NCBI GenBank assembly: GCA_902573325.1
Contig: CACGJH010000006.1
Span: 2,074 to 66,073, forward strand
From: an uncultured Alphaproteobacteria bacterium
GTDB lineage: Bacteria; Pseudomonadota; Alphaproteobacteria; HIMB59; GCA-002718135
Direction: 5' to 3'
Length of the DNA: 64,000 bases
Of the stretch, positions 29,635 to 39,186 are shown piece after piece (within the stretch, counting starts at the first letter, position 1; each line of letters starts with the position of its first letter). The notes under the pieces are model-generated. The model did no database searches. It had not been told where the DNA came from and saw only the letters and a list, made by a program, of their open reading frames with translations. The position numbers and the translations under genes are program-made.

Positions 29635-32079
29635 ATGTTTGTAGATTTGGTCAAAAAAAATAAATTTATAATTCTTTTTCTATTTTTATGTTTCAATTGT
29701 TTGTTTAATAGTTCTTTAAAAGCAAATCCAACTTTTATCGATGGTACAGTCGTTGATGATCGAGGTGGAGATGATAATACTGCTGCAGAACAATTTACTT
29801 CTGGTTTATCATTTAATAATGATGGAACTAAAATGTATATTGTAGGGACTTTTAGTGATGATGTCCATGAGTTCACTCTTACTACTCCTTTCGATATATC
29901 AACAAGAACTTATGATGCAGGTGACTCCTATGACTTGGACGACAAAAGTGGGACACCAACAAGTGTTAAATTTAATAATGATGGAACTAAAATGTTTATG
30001 GTATCACATACTCGAGACATCCATGAGTATTCTCTACCTGCTTTCGATGTCTCAGAGGCTTCATTTGAACAAACTAAAACATTAACCGAGTTATCAACTG
30101 AACCTAAGGATGTAGAATTTAATGCTGATGGTACCAAAATGTTTATTTTAGATACATCAAGTATCTATGTCTATACGTTGTCTACTGCCTTTGACATATC
30201 AACCGCATCTTATGATAATTATGCTTTCTCTACAGCTGATTATGAAACTGGATTAAAAGCATTTGATTTTAGCGATGATGGTAAGGTGATGATTATTTTG
30301 GGTAACGTTGATGATACCTTTCACGAGTATTATCTTTCTACTGGTTTTGATTTAACAACCGCCTCACATGTTAGCAGTTTTGCACTTGCTGGTGCTTTCT
30401 TTGATCAACAACCTAAAGGTATGGCATTTAATAACACTGGTTCCAAAATGTTTTTTTTGGGAGGCACCGATACTGATAAAGTTTTTGAATTTACCCTAGT
30501 ATCAAACTATAATTTAAAATTACCAACATTGAGCTCTTCTTCACCAGCGGATAATGCTACAGGTGTTTCAGTAGATGCTAATATAGTTTTAAATTTTAGT
30601 GAAAAAGTGAATGTTGATAATGGTAACATTACTATTCATAAAACTTCTGATGACACAACAGTTGCAACAATAGATGTAACAAGTAGTAATGTTACAGGAA
30701 CTGGAACTTCTCAAATAACTATTAATCCAACTGATGATTTAGAATATGGTGTTGCATATTATGTTTTAATTCCTGCTACAGCATTTGTTGATAATACAAG
30801 TGGATACTATGCAGGTATATCATCAACAACGGCTTTAAGTTTTACTGTTAGCGATGATAGATTGGACCCAACAACAATTAAAGATGTTGTAGGCTCCATA
30901 GATGCACAAAGTGAATTAGCAAAAAACTATATTAGTCAGTCTATTGATACTATCTCAAATCGTTTACGATTTTTAAGACAAAACAGATTGAGTAATTCAT
31001 TATCAAGCCAAGGCTTACAAATAGATCTTGGTAATACAATTCTTGCCTCATTAGCAAATGATAACATAGAAAAAAATACCAATTCCATCATGCCAGATAA
31101 TTGGTCTGCATGGACATCTGGATCAACTTATCTGTCAACAATTGGTGATAGTACAAATTCATCATCACAAGAAACTGAAGGGCAAGCAGTGGCCTTAGGA
31201 TTTGATAAAAAATTGAGTGATAGTGATTTTCTTGGTTTTGCTATTCAGTATGGTGAAAGCGATACGGATATTGGAACAAATGGAACAAGTATTGATAGTG
31301 AAAATATGAATTTTTCTATCTACCGAACGAAACCACTTGATAATAATAACTTTATCGAAACATTATTAGGTGTAGGGTTAATAGAAAGTAATTTAAAAAG
31401 AGTCCATAATTCTAATGTATTAACTGGTACACGGGATGGAACACAAATATTTGGCTCCATCAATTATGGTAAAACAATTGACCGCGGTGATTTTAATATA
31501 ACACCAATTGGACGTCTTGATTTAGGTTATACTAAACTTGATGACTACAAGGAGACTGGAATAAACGCTTTGTATTATGCAAGTCAGAGAATTGAAAGTG
31601 GATTAGCTTCATTTGGTTTTGAATTTAGTGATAATATTCAACTTAATGAAAATAAATTACAACCATTTGGATCACTTAAATTTATTACTGATTTTAGTAA
31701 CAAATCTGATGCCAAGATCAATTATGTAACAGATACTTCAACAATTTATACGTACACACAAAAAGCAAATTCAGATCATTTAATAAGTTCAATGATTGGA
31801 TTGAGATATACCGCTGGAGATTATTTAAATATTAACTCCAGTTATAGTAGGGTACAAGGTAACAGGAGCGAACGAAGAGATACTATAGACTTTGCTATTA
31901 ACTTTATTTCAAATCGTGAGACACAATATAGTCTGTCATTAGCCGGTGATGAAAATGCAGAGGCTAAACTTGGTATATCAAAAAATATATATGGTTTTGA
32001 TTTAGGGTTTAATGCCAGTGAGTCTCTTAGTGCTAATCCAAATCAAGAAGCGGAATTAATTCTGACTTACAATTTTTAA
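29635..32079 (+). CDS. Autotransporter outer-membrane protein with repeat/Ig-like passenger
   Basis: Signal peptide (…SSLKA|NP). Five repeats of about 50 aa, a Big_5-like Ig domain (aa 297-405 approx.), a linker helix (ISNRLRFLRQNR), and a C-terminal beta-barrel of about 290 aa ending LTYNF. Confidence 0.8.
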   Translation: MFVDLVKKNKFIILFLFLCFNCLFNSSLKANPTFIDGTVVDDRGGDDNTAAEQFTSGLSFNNDGTKMYIVGTFSDDVHEFTLTTPFDISTRTYDAGDSYDLDDKSGTPTSVKFNNDGTKMFMVSHTRDIHEYSLPAFDVSEASFEQTKTLTELSTEPKDVEFNADGTKMFILDTSSIYVYTLSTAFDISTASYDNYAFSTADYETGLKAFDFSDDGKVMIILGNVDDTFHEYYLSTGFDLTTASHVSSFALAGAFFDQQPKGMAFNNTGSKMFFLGGTDTDKVFEFTLVSNYNLKLPTLSSSSPADNATGVSVDANIVLNFSEKVNVDNGNITIHKTSDDTTVATIDVTSSNVTGTGTSQITINPTDDLEYGVAYYVLIPATAFVDNTSGYYAGISSTTALSFTVSDDRLDPTTIKDVVGSIDAQSELAKNYISQSIDTISNRLRFLRQNRLSNSLSSQGLQIDLGNTILASLANDNIEKNTNSIMPDNWSAWTSGSTYLSTIGDSTNSSSQETEGQAVALGFDKKLSDSDFLGFAIQYGESDTDIGTNGTSIDSENMNFSIYRTKPLDNNNFIETLLGVGLIESNLKRVHNSNVLTGTRDGTQIFGSINYGKTIDRGDFNITPIGRLDLGYTKLDDYKETGINALYYASQRIESGLASFGFEFSDNIQLNENKLQPFGSLKFITDFSNKSDAKINYVTDTSTIYTYTQKANSDHLISSMIGLRYTAGDYLNINSSYSRVQGNRSERRDTIDFAINFISNRETQYSLSLAGDENAEAKLGISKNIYGFDLGFNASESLSANPNQEAELILTYNF
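29797..30516 (+). repeat. Five tandem intragenic repeats of about 50 aa (F-N-x-D-G-T-K-M-F/Y … F-D-I/L-S-T)
   Basis: The repeat cores are FNNDGTKMY, FNNDGTKMF, FNADGTKMF, FSDDGKVMI and FNNTGSKMF. A 26-nt exact DNA repeat (atttaataatgatggaactaaaatgt) occurs at 29811-29836 and 29970-29995. Confidence 0.75.
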
Positions 32080-32084
32080 ATATA

Positions 32085-33155
32085 CTAATTCAGTTTATCT
32101 TTACGGTAATTAGATCGTATTTCGTCTAGCAGGATTGATTTAGATTTATCTTTCACATGCCAAAAATCCCAACCATTGCAACTTGGCAATCCTTGTATCT
32201 TTGCTCCCATTTGATGAATAGATCCTGTTAAATCTTTTATTTTAAGTGTACCATCAATACTGACCGTTGCTTTAAAACGTTCTTTCTTATCTGTTAATAC
32301 TGCACCAGGTGGAATAATTCCTTGCTCGACTAATTCACCAAAAGGAACTTTTGGTAAATCTTTTCTGCTCTTTGCAATAGTTACAACTTCTTTTTTCAAT
32401 ACTTTTGTATTCTTTAATCGTTCTTTTGAAAGTTTAACGTAGTCTTTATCTTTTTCTATACCAATAAAGTTACGTTGTAATTTTTTTGCAACAACAGCTG
32501 TTGTCCCACTTCCTGAAAATGGATCAAGAACAAGATCACCTTTGTTTGTCGATGCTAATAGAATTCTGTAGAGTAGAGCTTCAGGTTTTTGTGTTGGGTG
32601 TGATCGTTGATTGTTATCTTTACGTAATCTTTCTTTCCCAGAACAAATAGGAATATACCAGTCACTCCGCATTTGTTTTCCTTCATTTAGTTCTTTAAGA
32701 TTTTGATAGTTAAATGTGTATTTTGCTTCTCTTGATGTTGTGCACCATAAAAGTGTTTCATGGGCATTTGTGAAACGTGTACCACGAAAGTTTGGCATAG
32801 GGTTTGTTTTATGCCAAATAATATCATTCAAGATCCATAAGCCTTCGTCTTGGATTGTAGAACCTACACGTAAAATATTATGATAACTCCCTATGACCCA
32901 AAGCGCTCCACCTTTTTTTAGAACACGTTTACATTCACTAAGCCATGCATTGGTAAATTGATCATATTCTTTATATGTGCTAAATTTATCCCAATCTTGT
33001 GTAACAGCTTCGACCGTTGTTTGATCAGGTCTGTATAATGTATCCTTTAATTGAAGATTATATGGTGGATCAGCAAAAATAAGATCAACCGAATGATCTT
33101 TTAATTTTTTCATTTCCTTAATGGAATCACCCAAAATAATTTGATTTTTCTTCAT
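32085..33155 (-). CDS. ccrM: N6-adenine DNA methyltransferase, CcrM type (GANTC)
   Basis: Beta-class order: DPPY (IFADPPYNL) near the N-terminus and FSGSGTT late. C-terminal domain of about 80 aa, as in CcrM. 356 aa. Confidence 0.85.
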   Translation of the reverse strand: MKKNQIILGDSIKEMKKLKDHSVDLIFADPPYNLQLKDTLYRPDQTTVEAVTQDWDKFSTYKEYDQFTNAWLSECKRVLKKGGALWVIGSYHNILRVGSTIQDEGLWILNDIIWHKTNPMPNFRGTRFTNAHETLLWCTTSREAKYTFNYQNLKELNEGKQMRSDWYIPICSGKERLRKDNNQRSHPTQKPEALLYRILLASTNKGDLVLDPFSGSGTTAVVAKKLQRNFIGIEKDKDYVKLSKERLKNTKVLKKEVVTIAKSRKDLPKVPFGELVEQGIIPPGAVLTDKKERFKATVSIDGTLKIKDLTGSIHQMGAKIQGLPSCNGWDFWHVKDKSKSILLDEIRSNYRKDKLN

Positions 33156-33167
33156 AATTGATAAAAA

Positions 33168-33221
33168 GAATCTTTAAGCAGATATGGAATCAGGTCAATT
33201 GAGTTATCAACAGGTGGAATC
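33168..33221. promoter_or_regulatory. Cluster of three GANTC (GAATC) sites upstream of ccrM
   Basis: GAATC at 33168-33172, 33187-33191 and 33217-33221, with a fourth at 33124-33128 in codons 10-11 of ccrM. Three of the four share the extended form TGGAATC. Confidence 0.4.
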
Positions 33222-33259
33222 TTTAGGTAGGGATAACCTTAAAATTCGGCTATAAACAT

Positions 33260-33282
33260 AAAAAAAGGGGTCCGAAGACCCC
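33260..33282 (-). terminator. Strong intrinsic terminator (UUCG tetraloop hairpin plus U7)
   Basis: The minus strand reads GGGGTC-TTCG-GACCCC followed by TTTTTTT (plus-strand A-run 33260-33266). It lies 125 nt downstream of the rnhB stop. Confidence 0.7.
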
Positions 33283-33407
33283 AAGAATAGTTCATCAAAT
33301 GGGAGGAATGATGAAACCTAATACCTATTTAGTGTTTGTCGCATCTTTTTGAAGCATAATAATATAATATTTGGTATGCATTCTTTGCATGGAAAAATTT
33401 GGGTAAT

Positions 33408-34022
33408 TTATTTTTTTAATAACGATTTAATTGGTTCAAACGATTTTCGGTGAAATTGAGTTACACCGTGTTTGTGTATTGCATCAATATGTTTTTTAGT
33501 TCCATAACCTGCATTTTTTTTCCAATCATAAAATGTAAACTTACTATCAAGAATACTCATCAGTCGATCACGGTGAACTTTTGCAATAATAGATGCACTT
33601 GCGATAGATAAAGATTTTTTATCTCCTCCTATTATAGATTTTTCATTTTGATAATTTAATGAAAAGTTTCCATCAATAATAAGATGTGGATTTTCAAAAT
33701 TAAATTTTTTAATTACTCTTTTCATTGATAATTTTGTTGCTTCCAAAATATTAATTGTATCTATTTCTTTTACGCTAGCGTAGCCTAAGTAATATTGAAG
33801 TTTTTTTTCTTTTTGTAATTTTTTAAAAAATAAGAATAATTTTTCTCTTTGTTTTGCTGTATGTTTCTTTGAGTCAGTAATGGGTATTTCTGATTCTAAA
33901 TTATCATAATTAGAAAAATAACATCCACAACTCACCACTGGGCCTGCTAATGGGCCTCTGCCAACTTCATCTAAACCAATTACAGGTCCATTAATTGATT
34001 TCTCTATAGAAAAATCAGTCAC
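33408..34022 (-). CDS. rnhB: Ribonuclease HII
   Basis: GLDEVGRGPLAGPVV and ASIIAKV motifs. 204 aa. Confidence 0.9.
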   Translation of the reverse strand: MTDFSIEKSINGPVIGLDEVGRGPLAGPVVSCGCYFSNYDNLESEIPITDSKKHTAKQREKLFLFFKKLQKEKKLQYYLGYASVKEIDTINILEATKLSMKRVIKKFNFENPHLIIDGNFSLNYQNEKSIIGGDKKSLSIASASIIAKVHRDRLMSILDSKFTFYDWKKNAGYGTKKHIDAIHKHGVTQFHRKSFEPIKSLLKK

Positions 34023-34549
34023 TACTTTTCATTTAATCTTGGCATGATTTCAACAAAATTACAGGGCTTGTGTCTAATGTCTAATTGATATTGTAAAATT
34101 TCATCCCAGCCGTCCTTGCATGCACCCGTAGATCCAGGTAAACAAAAAACATATGTACTATTTATTAAGGCTGCAACTGCACGTGATTGAATTGCCGATG
34201 TACCAATTTTTTCAAAACTAACTTGGCGAAATAATTCACCAAATCCATCGATATGTTTACTAGCAATAGCGTTTACAGCTTCTGGTGTAGTATCTCTTCC
34301 TGTGAGTCCAGTCCCACCAGTTGTAATAATGCAATCAATCTCTTTTTCTTTTGATATTGTATCTAAGGTATCTTTTATTTGAGAAACATCATCTGGGATA
34401 ATTGTCCGTTTAATCATTTTATGACCAGCATCAGTAATGCGCTGTTCTAATGTATCTCCAGATGTATCATTTTCTTTAGTTCTTGAATCTGAAATTGTAA
34501 TAACAGCAATATTTATGGGAACAAAATCTAGAGACGTATCAATTGGCAT
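34022..34549 (-). CDS. moaB: MoaB/Mog-family molybdenum cofactor biosynthesis protein
   Basis: MoCF_biosynth fold with ITTGGTGLTGRD and PGSTGA motifs. 175 aa. Confidence 0.7.
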   Translation of the reverse strand: MPIDTSLDFVPINIAVITISDSRTKENDTSGDTLEQRITDAGHKMIKRTIIPDDVSQIKDTLDTISKEKEIDCIITTGGTGLTGRDTTPEAVNAIASKHIDGFGELFRQVSFEKIGTSAIQSRAVAALINSTYVFCLPGSTGACKDGWDEILQYQLDIRHKPCNFVEIMPRLNEK

Positions 34550-34555
34550 AACCTA

Positions 34556-36301
34556 TTAATAAAGCGGATCATTTCCATTTGCTAGCATTTTTAGGGAACG
34601 CATTTCTTTATTATTTTTATTTTGGTAAATCCAATATTTTGTTAAGATTTTTTCAATAAACCATCTTGTTTCTCTTGATGGAATACTTTCCATAAAAAAG
34701 AGTGAGTCTTCCATATAATTTGTTTCATTTTTCCATTTTTGTAAATTTCCTGGACCGCCATTATAAGCTGCTGCGAGAAATATAAGATTTCTTGAAACCT
34801 GCTCTAGATCAAGAAGATACGTCAAGTATTCTTGCCCAACCTCTAAATTTATTTCTGGATTTTTAAGAATATTACTATTGCTTTGTTTTACATCTTTACT
34901 TGTTGTAATAAATTTTGCCGTAGAAGGTAATACTTGCATTAAACCTATGGCTCCGTCTTTACTTTTAGCTTTTATATTAAACATCGATTCTTGATGCATA
35001 AAGGCGTGGAGTAATTCTTTTTCTAATTTAAAACCATCTCGGGGCTTCCAAACACTAGTAGGGTAGTAGAGATAGGTTGGAACATCCATACCAAAATTTT
35101 CTAACTTATTAACTATTTTTAATTGAGTATAGGCAAGGTCAAAATTTTCAGCAATTTGAATAGACTCCTTCGCTATTTCTTTATTTAAAATAGAATTGAT
35201 ATGAATAATTTCCTTTTCTAATTCATCCGCAAAACCAACCTGTATCAGAGTCTGTATCCTTTTTCCTGCTGGTATATTTAAAATAGTACTATTATTTTTA
35301 TTAAGATCAGTATGCTCTACCCATTCAATTTTTTTATCTACTCCTAAAATTTCTAGTGCAAGCATACCATAAAAACTATTTGGATTATTTGATGCTCTTT
35401 TTAACCAAAAATTAATATCATCATAGCGACCAAGTTTTGCATATGATCTAGCTGTCCAAAAACTTCCTGACGTTTGGTGCCACGCATCATCTTTTAAACT
35501 AATGGAAAAAAGAGAAAAATATTTTGCAGCATCTTCATATTTTTCTAGTCTCCAAGAACATAGACCGGCTGTCCAAGCTGCATAAGGAACATATTTAGCA
35601 GAATTAACAAGAGCTTCAGAAGCATATTGAATTGCTAAATCATTTTTATTTGCTAAGAAATATCCTTTTGCTATTAATTCTTTTTGTTGATCTATCTCAA
35701 CTTGATCTAATAATAGATCTACATCTCTTTGATTTAATAGTTGTACTGCTCCTGTTGGCCAACCTTTATTCACTCTTGATTTGATACCATTAATTAATTT
35801 TCTTTTTTCAGCTCTCTGATTGTTCGATAGTTTCTTTGAACTTGTATATTTACTGGTTTTTTTACTTATTACTTGTTCTGACTCTATACCAATTGGAGCA
35901 CTAGGTTTAGTAGGACTTTTATAACCTGCTGGCATTCTTCGAATAGCCAATTTATAAATTTGTTTTGCTTGAGGGTGATCATTATATTTTTTAAGCCAAT
36001 AATATAATTCTAAATACTTTGATCGATAACAATTAGGATGTAAAAATTTCTGTGCATAAATATGACCAAGCAAAGATTTATTTTTTATTTTTAAAATAAA
36101 ATTATTTGCACTTTTCCATTTGCATTTTTCCTGAAATTTATAAGCTTGTTGATAATTATATACATCTTCTTCACTAAGAACCTTTGTAGAGAAAATACTA
36201 TCATATTTGATGACTATATCTTGTTGGTATGCATAGATTTGTTCCGAAAAAAAAACGAAGAATATAAAAAAACAAATAATAGAAAATTTTTTATGATTCA
36301 T
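34556..36301 (-). CDS. Soluble lytic murein transglycosylase (Slt family)
   Basis: The C-terminal SLT domain has the catalytic ES (HQESMFN), GLMQV and AYNGGPG. Signal peptide after MNHKKF. The start at 36301 forms an ATGA overlap with the upstream gene's stop. Confidence 0.75.
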   Translation of the reverse strand: MNHKKFSIICFFIFFVFFSEQIYAYQQDIVIKYDSIFSTKVLSEEDVYNYQQAYKFQEKCKWKSANNFILKIKNKSLLGHIYAQKFLHPNCYRSKYLELYYWLKKYNDHPQAKQIYKLAIRRMPAGYKSPTKPSAPIGIESEQVISKKTSKYTSSKKLSNNQRAEKRKLINGIKSRVNKGWPTGAVQLLNQRDVDLLLDQVEIDQQKELIAKGYFLANKNDLAIQYASEALVNSAKYVPYAAWTAGLCSWRLEKYEDAAKYFSLFSISLKDDAWHQTSGSFWTARSYAKLGRYDDINFWLKRASNNPNSFYGMLALEILGVDKKIEWVEHTDLNKNNSTILNIPAGKRIQTLIQVGFADELEKEIIHINSILNKEIAKESIQIAENFDLAYTQLKIVNKLENFGMDVPTYLYYPTSVWKPRDGFKLEKELLHAFMHQESMFNIKAKSKDGAIGLMQVLPSTAKFITTSKDVKQSNSNILKNPEINLEVGQEYLTYLLDLEQVSRNLIFLAAAYNGGPGNLQKWKNETNYMEDSLFFMESIPSRETRWFIEKILTKYWIYQNKNNKEMRSLKMLANGNDPLY

Positions 36302-37002
36302 TTTTTTAATTTTTCTTGTAACATTTGTAAATCTTCCCAAGAATGTTTTTTATATTGAGGAGATCGAAGTAAAAAAGCTGGATGATAGGAGGCTATTGTA
36401 GGAATACCTTCTTCTAGATTGAGTGATTTGTATTCATGCCATTTGCCTCTTAGTTTTCCAAGCGCAAGAGGAGTTGATAAAATGGCTTTTGCTGCGACAC
36501 CACCTAATAGGAAGATAAATTTAGGTTTGATGATATCAATTTGTCTTTGCAAAAATGGTAAAAATTCTAAAATTTCATCGTCATTAGGCGTTCTATTTTC
36601 GGCTGGACGCCAATTAACCACATTAGTAATATAAACGTCTTCTCTTTGTAAATTAATGGCCAAAAGCATTTTATTTAAAAGTTGTCCGGCTCTTCCAACG
36701 AATGGAATTCCTTGTTGATCCTCATCTCTGCCTGGTGCTTCACCAATTAACATTACTTTTGCATTTAAGTTACCATCATAAACTACCAAATTTTTTGCTG
36801 TTTTTTGAAGAGGTGATTTGTGATTTTTAAGATCTTCAATAACACCATCTATTTTAGATTTTTTATCCCCAGTATCCTTGTGGAAATTAGGCTGCTCTAA
36901 TTTTTTCTCATTCTCAAACCAGTTTCTAGGAGAATCTTGAAGAAAATAATTTACCCCTGAGTTAATAACAAATTCTAAATTTTCTTTATTTGATTGATTC
37001 AT
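36298..37002 (-). CDS. Uracil-DNA glycosylase, family 4
   Basis: GEAPGRDEDQQGIPFVGRAGQLL motif (GEAPG-x-x-E) and a C-terminal HPAFLLR motif. Confidence 0.8.
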   Translation of the reverse strand: MNQSNKENLEFVINSGVNYFLQDSPRNWFENEKKLEQPNFHKDTGDKKSKIDGVIEDLKNHKSPLQKTAKNLVVYDGNLNAKVMLIGEAPGRDEDQQGIPFVGRAGQLLNKMLLAINLQREDVYITNVVNWRPAENRTPNDDEILEFLPFLQRQIDIIKPKFIFLLGGVAAKAILSTPLALGKLRGKWHEYKSLNLEEGIPTIASYHPAFLLRSPQYKKHSWEDLQMLQEKLKK

Positions 37003-37049
37003 GTAAAATTACAATTATCTATTCATAGTGTAACTATACTATATTTGAA

Positions 37050-38360
37050 ATGGTTTATTTAATTAAAACACTAAAATTTATCTTAATTTTTCTGGTTATT
37101 AATTCTGGAGCTTTAGCTCTAACAAGTTCATCTTTTTTAATCTCACAATCTGCCTTTAATAATTATGATTATAGTTCCACTTTATTTAAATTTAATATGG
37201 ATAAAGTAACCCTATCTCAAGACAGCCTTTTAGATAAAGCTATTGCTGCTATAATTACAGAGGATCTAGTCTTGGCTGTAAAAATTGCTGATAAAATCTT
37301 AAGTGAAAATAACAATAACCCAGAAGCTTTAATTATAAAAACTACTTCTCTTTACAAAGATAAAAAATTTAAAGACATCAGTGAACTAAGGGATAATATG
37401 CTGCAACCAAGTGAATTATTAGACTTTATTTTTTTTGCTGATAACAGACTTAAAAATAATAGTACTATAAGTAATGCTCTAGTTGAATTGGTATCATCTT
37501 CATATTCAAATAATGAACAAAGTCGTTTAAATTATAATTTTTTATTATTTTATACTTCACTCGCAAAAATACTTGATCCAAAAAACGACAGAGCAATGAT
37601 TATTAAAGCGGAGTTATTTTCACAAGTTGGACAAGATAAGGTTGCATCAGATATATATGCGAAGATAGATAAAGAAAGTATTTATTATTTAGATGCTCAG
37701 AATAGTCTTGCTAGACATTACTTATTCAATAATACTTATGAGGAAGCTGAGACTAAAATTAAATCATTAGTTGAAAATAATAATGACAATTATTCTCTAA
37801 AAAAAACTTTAGGTGATTTTTATCGTTATAATAAAAAGTATGATTTAGCATTAGATATTTATGATGAAATGATCAAAGAAAACCAGGACGATCTTTGGAA
37901 TATTTTTTATATGAGAGGTATTTGCTATGAACAAAAAGATGAATGGGACTTAGCTGAAAAAGATTTTTTGCGATCCTTAGAAATTAAACCTGGAACGCCA
38001 AATGTTTTAAATTATCTTGCATATGGTTGGGTTGAAAGAAATATTAAACTAGACCGTTCTTTGAAAATGTTGGAGGAGGCATATAAAGCCAATCCTGATA
38101 GTTTTTATATTATAGACAGTTTAGCGTGGGCTCATTTTAAACAAAATAACCTTTCAGAAGCGGCAAGGTTAATGGAAAAGGTAATAGATATTGCCCCTGG
38201 TGAAGCAATATCTCTAGACCATCTTGGTGATATTTATTATGCTATGAATAGAAAAAGAGAAGCAATTCATTTTTGGCAACAAGCGTTAGAGTTGGCTGAA
38301 CCAGAAGATGAAATAACTGAAGATGTTCAAAGCAAATTAGATAATATTAATGCCGGATAA
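37050..38360 (+). CDS. TPR-repeat protein (exported)
   Basis: Signal or TM N-terminus and multiple TPR-like helical repeats. Sits upstream of ispE, as in many alphaproteobacteria. Confidence 0.65.
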   Translation: MVYLIKTLKFILIFLVINSGALALTSSSFLISQSAFNNYDYSSTLFKFNMDKVTLSQDSLLDKAIAAIITEDLVLAVKIADKILSENNNNPEALIIKTTSLYKDKKFKDISELRDNMLQPSELLDFIFFADNRLKNNSTISNALVELVSSSYSNNEQSRLNYNFLLFYTSLAKILDPKNDRAMIIKAELFSQVGQDKVASDIYAKIDKESIYYLDAQNSLARHYLFNNTYEEAETKIKSLVENNNDNYSLKKTLGDFYRYNKKYDLALDIYDEMIKENQDDLWNIFYMRGICYEQKDEWDLAEKDFLRSLEIKPGTPNVLNYLAYGWVERNIKLDRSLKMLEEAYKANPDSFYIIDSLAWAHFKQNNLSEAARLMEKVIDIAPGEAISLDHLGDIYYAMNRKREAIHFWQQALELAEPEDEITEDVQSKLDNINAG

Positions 38361-39186
38361 AATAATTGAAAAATCACCTGCCAAAATAAATTTATTTTTA
38401 AAAATTATAAATAGAAGAGATGATGGTTTTCATAATATTCGTACTGGAATAACATTTATTGATCTTTTTGATGAGATAACTGTTCAACCTCACAGCAAAT
38501 TTCAAGTAATCTATACAGGTAATTTCGCTCCAAAAAACAATCTATTTGAGGACTGCATTATTGATAAATTATTTTCTTATATAAATGAAGATAAACCTAA
38601 ACTTCTTTTTACTATATCAAAAAATTTTCCTTATGAAGCTGGTTTAGGTTCTGCTTCCTCTAATGTTGCAAGTGTTATAAAAATTTTAGAAAATCTTGAG
38701 ATAATAAAAAAGAAAAATATATTTGATTATGTTGATCTTGGCTCTGATGTCCCTATTTTTTTGAATCAAAAAGATGCTCTAGTTAGAGGGAGGGGTGATT
38801 TAATTGCTAATGTTCATTTTCCAAAATATTATTTCTTACTAATTAGACCATCTTTTAAATGTTCTACAAAAAAAATGTATGATTCATTTCAACTTTCAGA
38901 TTTTGATTATAATACTGACTTTGATTTAGAAGAAATTAATGATCAAGACTCTGGAAATGATTTTGAAAAAATTCTTAAAAAAAATGAACCTGAATTTTTA
39001 TCAATTATAAATTTCTTGGAGGATTTTGACGATGTTATATTTTCAAGATTAACTGGGAGTGGTTCTTGTATTTATAGTGTATTTGAAAAAAAAGAGCATG
39101 CTATAAATGCACAAAAAAAATTTCAACAAAGCTTTTCAAATCTATGGACACATCTAAGTGAAAATAATTTGGTTAATCTATTTTAA
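38350..39186 (+). CDS. ispE: 4-diphosphocytidyl-2-C-methyl-D-erythritol kinase
   Basis: PAKINLFLKI N-terminus and the GHMP kinase motif PYEAGLGSASSN. 278 aa. Confidence 0.8.
   Translation: MPDKIIEKSPAKINLFLKIINRRDDGFHNIRTGITFIDLFDEITVQPHSKFQVIYTGNFAPKNNLFEDCIIDKLFSYINEDKPKLLFTISKNFPYEAGLGSASSNVASVIKILENLEIIKKKNIFDYVDLGSDVPIFLNQKDALVRGRGDLIANVHFPKYYFLLIRPSFKCSTKKMYDSFQLSDFDYNTDFDLEEINDQDSGNDFEKILKKNEPEFLSIINFLEDFDDVIFSRLTGSGSCIYSVFEKKEHAINAQKKFQQSFSNLWTHLSENNLVNLF

Noticed and set aside
29499-29876. 125-aa minus-strand ORF spanning the MATE/autotransporter spacer.
   Set aside because: It overlaps the 3' end of the MATE gene and the 5' end of the autotransporter gene in antisense. The product is low-complexity and has no motifs.
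33181-33240. Possible SRP (4.5S) RNA, because of CAGGTCA and GGAA-containing sequence in the ccrM-rnhB spacer.
   Set aside because: The conserved helix-8 partner (AGCAGCC-type 3' strand) and the symmetric-loop motifs are absent. The resemblance is a short chance match.
33299-33352. Small ORFs in the large spacer: plus-strand MGGMMKPNTYLVFVASF (17 aa) here, and minus-strand MQRMHTKYYIIMLQKDATNTK (21 aa) at 33326-33391.
   Set aside because: Neither has a ribosome-binding site or a conserved-looking sequence, and such lengths arise by chance. A non-coding RNA is a better explanation, but that too is unproven.
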